From the IMG/VR virus record IMGVR_UViG_3300031525_000003: 64,000 nt of DNA; one strand, written 5' to 3'. The position numbers and the translations under genes were made by a program. The stretch comes from an uncultured virus (IMG/VR IMGVR_UViG_3300031525_000003). Taxonomy: Duplodnaviria; Heunggongvirae; Uroviricota; Caudoviricetes. This document shows positions 61,980-64,000 of the stretch, one piece after another (the stretch's first letter is position 1; each line of letters opens with the position of its first letter). The notes below the pieces were generated by a model. It was not told where the DNA came from. It saw only the letters and a list, made by a program, of their open reading frames with translations, and made no database searches.

Positions 61980-62008
61980 GTTATACCTGACGTCGTACAC
62001 GTGCGCAA
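61980..62008 (-). promoter_or_regulatory. Promoter with operator (minus-strand GTACGAC-N5-GTATAAC)
   Basis: Minus-strand TTGCGC-17-TATAAC; ATG at 61972. Confidence 0.65.
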
Positions 62009-62071
62009 GCGACGGAATCGCCCGCGAAAACTTGACGGTTTTTGCAGACTTCCCATACGCTTCATTGTGTC

Positions 62072-62341
62072 ATGCACCGATCTACCTGGACGGTCCTCTG
62101 CGTCGTTGCCGCCGCGCTCGCTGGCTGCGGATCTTCGTACACGAAGGACGACAGCACCTCGAACAACGTCGCGGTGCGCAACGAGGCAGCCGTGCTCGCA
62201 CTCTGCGCGCAGGACGACGCCGGCACGTGCACCCCCAGCATGGTCCGCGCACGCACCAGCGTTGCGTTCTGCGCCAACCAGCGCGAAGTGACGGTGCACG
62301 GCGCGCCGTTCGACGGAGGCATCCCATGTCAGGCACCGTAG
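62072..62341 (+). CDS. Lipoprotein
   Basis: VVAAALAG-C lipobox; DAG/DGG motifs. Confidence 0.7.
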   Translation: MHRSTWTVLCVVAAALAGCGSSYTKDDSTSNNVAVRNEAAVLALCAQDDAGTCTPSMVRARTSVAFCANQREVTVHGAPFDGGIPCQAP

Positions 62342-62616
62342 ACGACGAGGACGCACTCTACGTCGAGCTGGCCCAGAAGACCGCTCGAACCGTGCGGGAC
62401 TGGCAGGACATCCTCTCGCTACCGCCGGACGCGCGCGCCGAGGTCATCGCCGACTGGAACGCCCTGGGCGACATGTCGTGGACGAAGTCCCCCAGCACCC
62501 TGGACCGGGTCGAGACGATCCTGAACATCCTCGTCTCCATCGCCAGCCCGGTCACCACCATCGTCGGCGGTCTGACCGGCATCGGCACGCTGATCACCAC
62601 CCTCAAGGCGATCTGA
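62326..62616 (+). CDS. Small protein with hydrophobic C-terminus
   Basis: GGAGG RBS; ILNILVSIASPVTTIVGGLTGIG. Confidence 0.6.
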   Translation: MSGTVDDEDALYVELAQKTARTVRDWQDILSLPPDARAEVIADWNALGDMSWTKSPSTLDRVETILNILVSIASPVTTIVGGLTGIGTLITTLKAI

Positions 62617-63194
62617 GCCTCCCGGGCCTCTCCGGCGCGGGACGCGCGGAGAGAGCAAGAGCTTCCGAGCCTCGATCGGAGATGGCCATCTCGCGCGCCA
62701 GCCTGTCCACGAGCCGCGAAAGGCAGAGCGTGCAGTCGCATCGCTCTCGACGAAACCCCAGGTAGCGAGCAAGCCGCCAGAGCGCGCCCGGCTTCGCCCG
62801 TGAGAGAACGGCACGGTCCGACGCGTACCGCACGTCAACGGGCGCGCGGAGAGCGCGGAGGACGCAAGACTTCCCAGCGCGTCACACGCAGATTCGCGCA
62901 GAACTCGTGGATCGCACGGGCGCGGACCTCCTCCGTGAGCGGCACGTCTTCCTCACGAATGCTGCCACCGCGCGGCATACGATCGTAGTTTTCTGTCGTC
63001 TTGAACTTATGGCGCAGCGTCGCACGCTCCTCGACGATGAAGTGGTCGACGACCAGCGCGTGCTCGTCATCGAAGTACATGAAGTCCCACCAGACACGCC
63101 GAAGCGGTCCGTGGTCCTCCATCCACCGCACGTTGTCATAGATCATGGTCCGGTGCTGAAAAGCGTACCTCAGACGGCGCACGCTGGCGACAGA

Positions 63195-63223
63195 TTGACG
63201 ACTCGTTAGACCGCACGTATAAC
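63195..63223 (+). promoter_or_regulatory. Promoter with operator GTTAGAC-N5-GTATAAC
   Basis: TTGACG-17-TATAAC; operator 63205-63223. Confidence 0.72.
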
Positions 63224-63232
63224 AGATGTGCC

Positions 63233-63496
63233 ATGGCAACGACAGCTGGCCGCACGCGGCGGAAAATGAAGGTGGAACGACAGGCTCGCGTGGGCGACGA
63301 GACCTGGGGCTTTCGCATCGGTCGCTTCAACGCCGTGCTCGTCGCGCCAGACGGCCGCAAGTCCATCGTCAACTTCTCCGTTCTGACCGGCAGGAGCTGG
63401 GACGCGCTGGAACGCGGCGTGTGGGTGGTGCCGATCACCCCTGAGCACATCAAGAGCTACATCCGGAAGCACCGGGGCTCGCTCGTTCAGAGCTGA
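63233..63496 (+). CDS. Small hypothetical protein
   Basis: Follows promoter; W.FRIG...PDG...ITP..I..YI. Confidence 0.55.
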   Translation: MATTAGRTRRKMKVERQARVGDETWGFRIGRFNAVLVAPDGRKSIVNFSVLTGRSWDALERGVWVVPITPEHIKSYIRKHRGSLVQS

Positions 63497-63529
63497 GCAG
63501 TGCATGAGCCGGAAAGCACACAGGCGGGC

Positions 63530-64000
63530 ATGATCAGTCTCGTTGTCGAAGCCGACACGGTCCCGATGACGTGGGACGCGTTCCTGCGCAAGGCCGGGGC
63601 GTACGCCGTCGCGCTCGACGGCTTCGTGCACGGCGGACCCAGGTTCAGCGAGAAGGGGCCCGCCATCAACATGAACCACCACGAGGAAGTGGACCGGCTA
63701 GCCACCCGCGCCACCTGCGCGCAGACGCTCATGGTGATCCGTCAGGGCTTCTTCGACCTCTTCCGCGACGCGGACGGACCCAAAGCCAACGTGTTCGTCA
63801 ACGACTGCGACGAAGACGTGTGCACCTCCTGGTTCCTGCTGAAGCAGCACTACTGGGTCGAGCAACCCATGAACCCTCTTCTCAATCGCCTGGTCGCCAT
63901 GGAGGACGCACTCGACGCCACCGCAGGCGCGTACCCGTTCCCGGCGGATCTGCCAGCCCTCCGAAGCATGGCGTGGATCTTCGAACCCTACCGCCAGTTC
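63530..64000 (+). CDS. DHH-like phosphoesterase (partial, runs off window)
   Basis: Translated by hand: ALDG...NMNHHEEV...TCAQ...VNDCDEDVC. Confidence 0.5.
   Translation, partial: MISLVVEADTVPMTWDAFLRKAGAYAVALDGFVHGGPRFSEKGPAINMNHHEEVDRLATRATCAQTLMVIRQGFFDLFRDADGPKANVFVNDCDEDVCTSWFLLKQHYWVEQPMNPLLNRLVAMEDALDATAGAYPFPADLPALRSMAWIFEPYRQF

Noticed and set aside
1..64000. CRISPR array, rRNA/tRNA, transposase, integrase, reverse transcriptase, capsid/terminase
   Set aside because: No regularly spaced repeats or diagnostic motifs were found by eye; divergent versions could have been missed

Overview
High-GC (roughly 65-70% by eye), gene-dense window that reads as part of a large virus or prophage-like element. 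The host is probably myxobacterial (Polyangiaceae-like), inferred from the style of the SCP2, FtsK and lipoprotein genes. It contains long runs of short, overlapping Cys/Zn-ribbon hypothetical genes. Recognisable accessory genes are: DUF6883/DUF4926 pair, SCP2, HAD, PP2C, FtsK lacking its gamma domain, a type ISP/IIG-like R-M enzyme, PcfJ, SAM methyltransferase, pyrD+pyrC, two papain-like peptidases, HD + nucleotidyltransferase, AAA+ ATPase, RNA ligase-like, DHH-like, and two ADP-ribosyltransferase-fold proteins. I found no capsid, terminase, portal, integrase, tRNA or CRISPR array. Three window-wide patterns are not explained by these annotations. (1) A 19-bp operator GTNNNAC-N5-GTNNNAC overlaps sigma70-like promoters 10 times. 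(2) A basic-[H/S/A]-G-[N/D/S] peptide motif, often with RxSSRR tracts, recurs at termini or domain boundaries of about 10 unrelated proteins, suggesting a processing or packaging tag. (3) A cluster of membrane proteins carries Trp-rich leaders and [A/V]G motifs. All family calls are from motif recognition by eye; no database searches were run.
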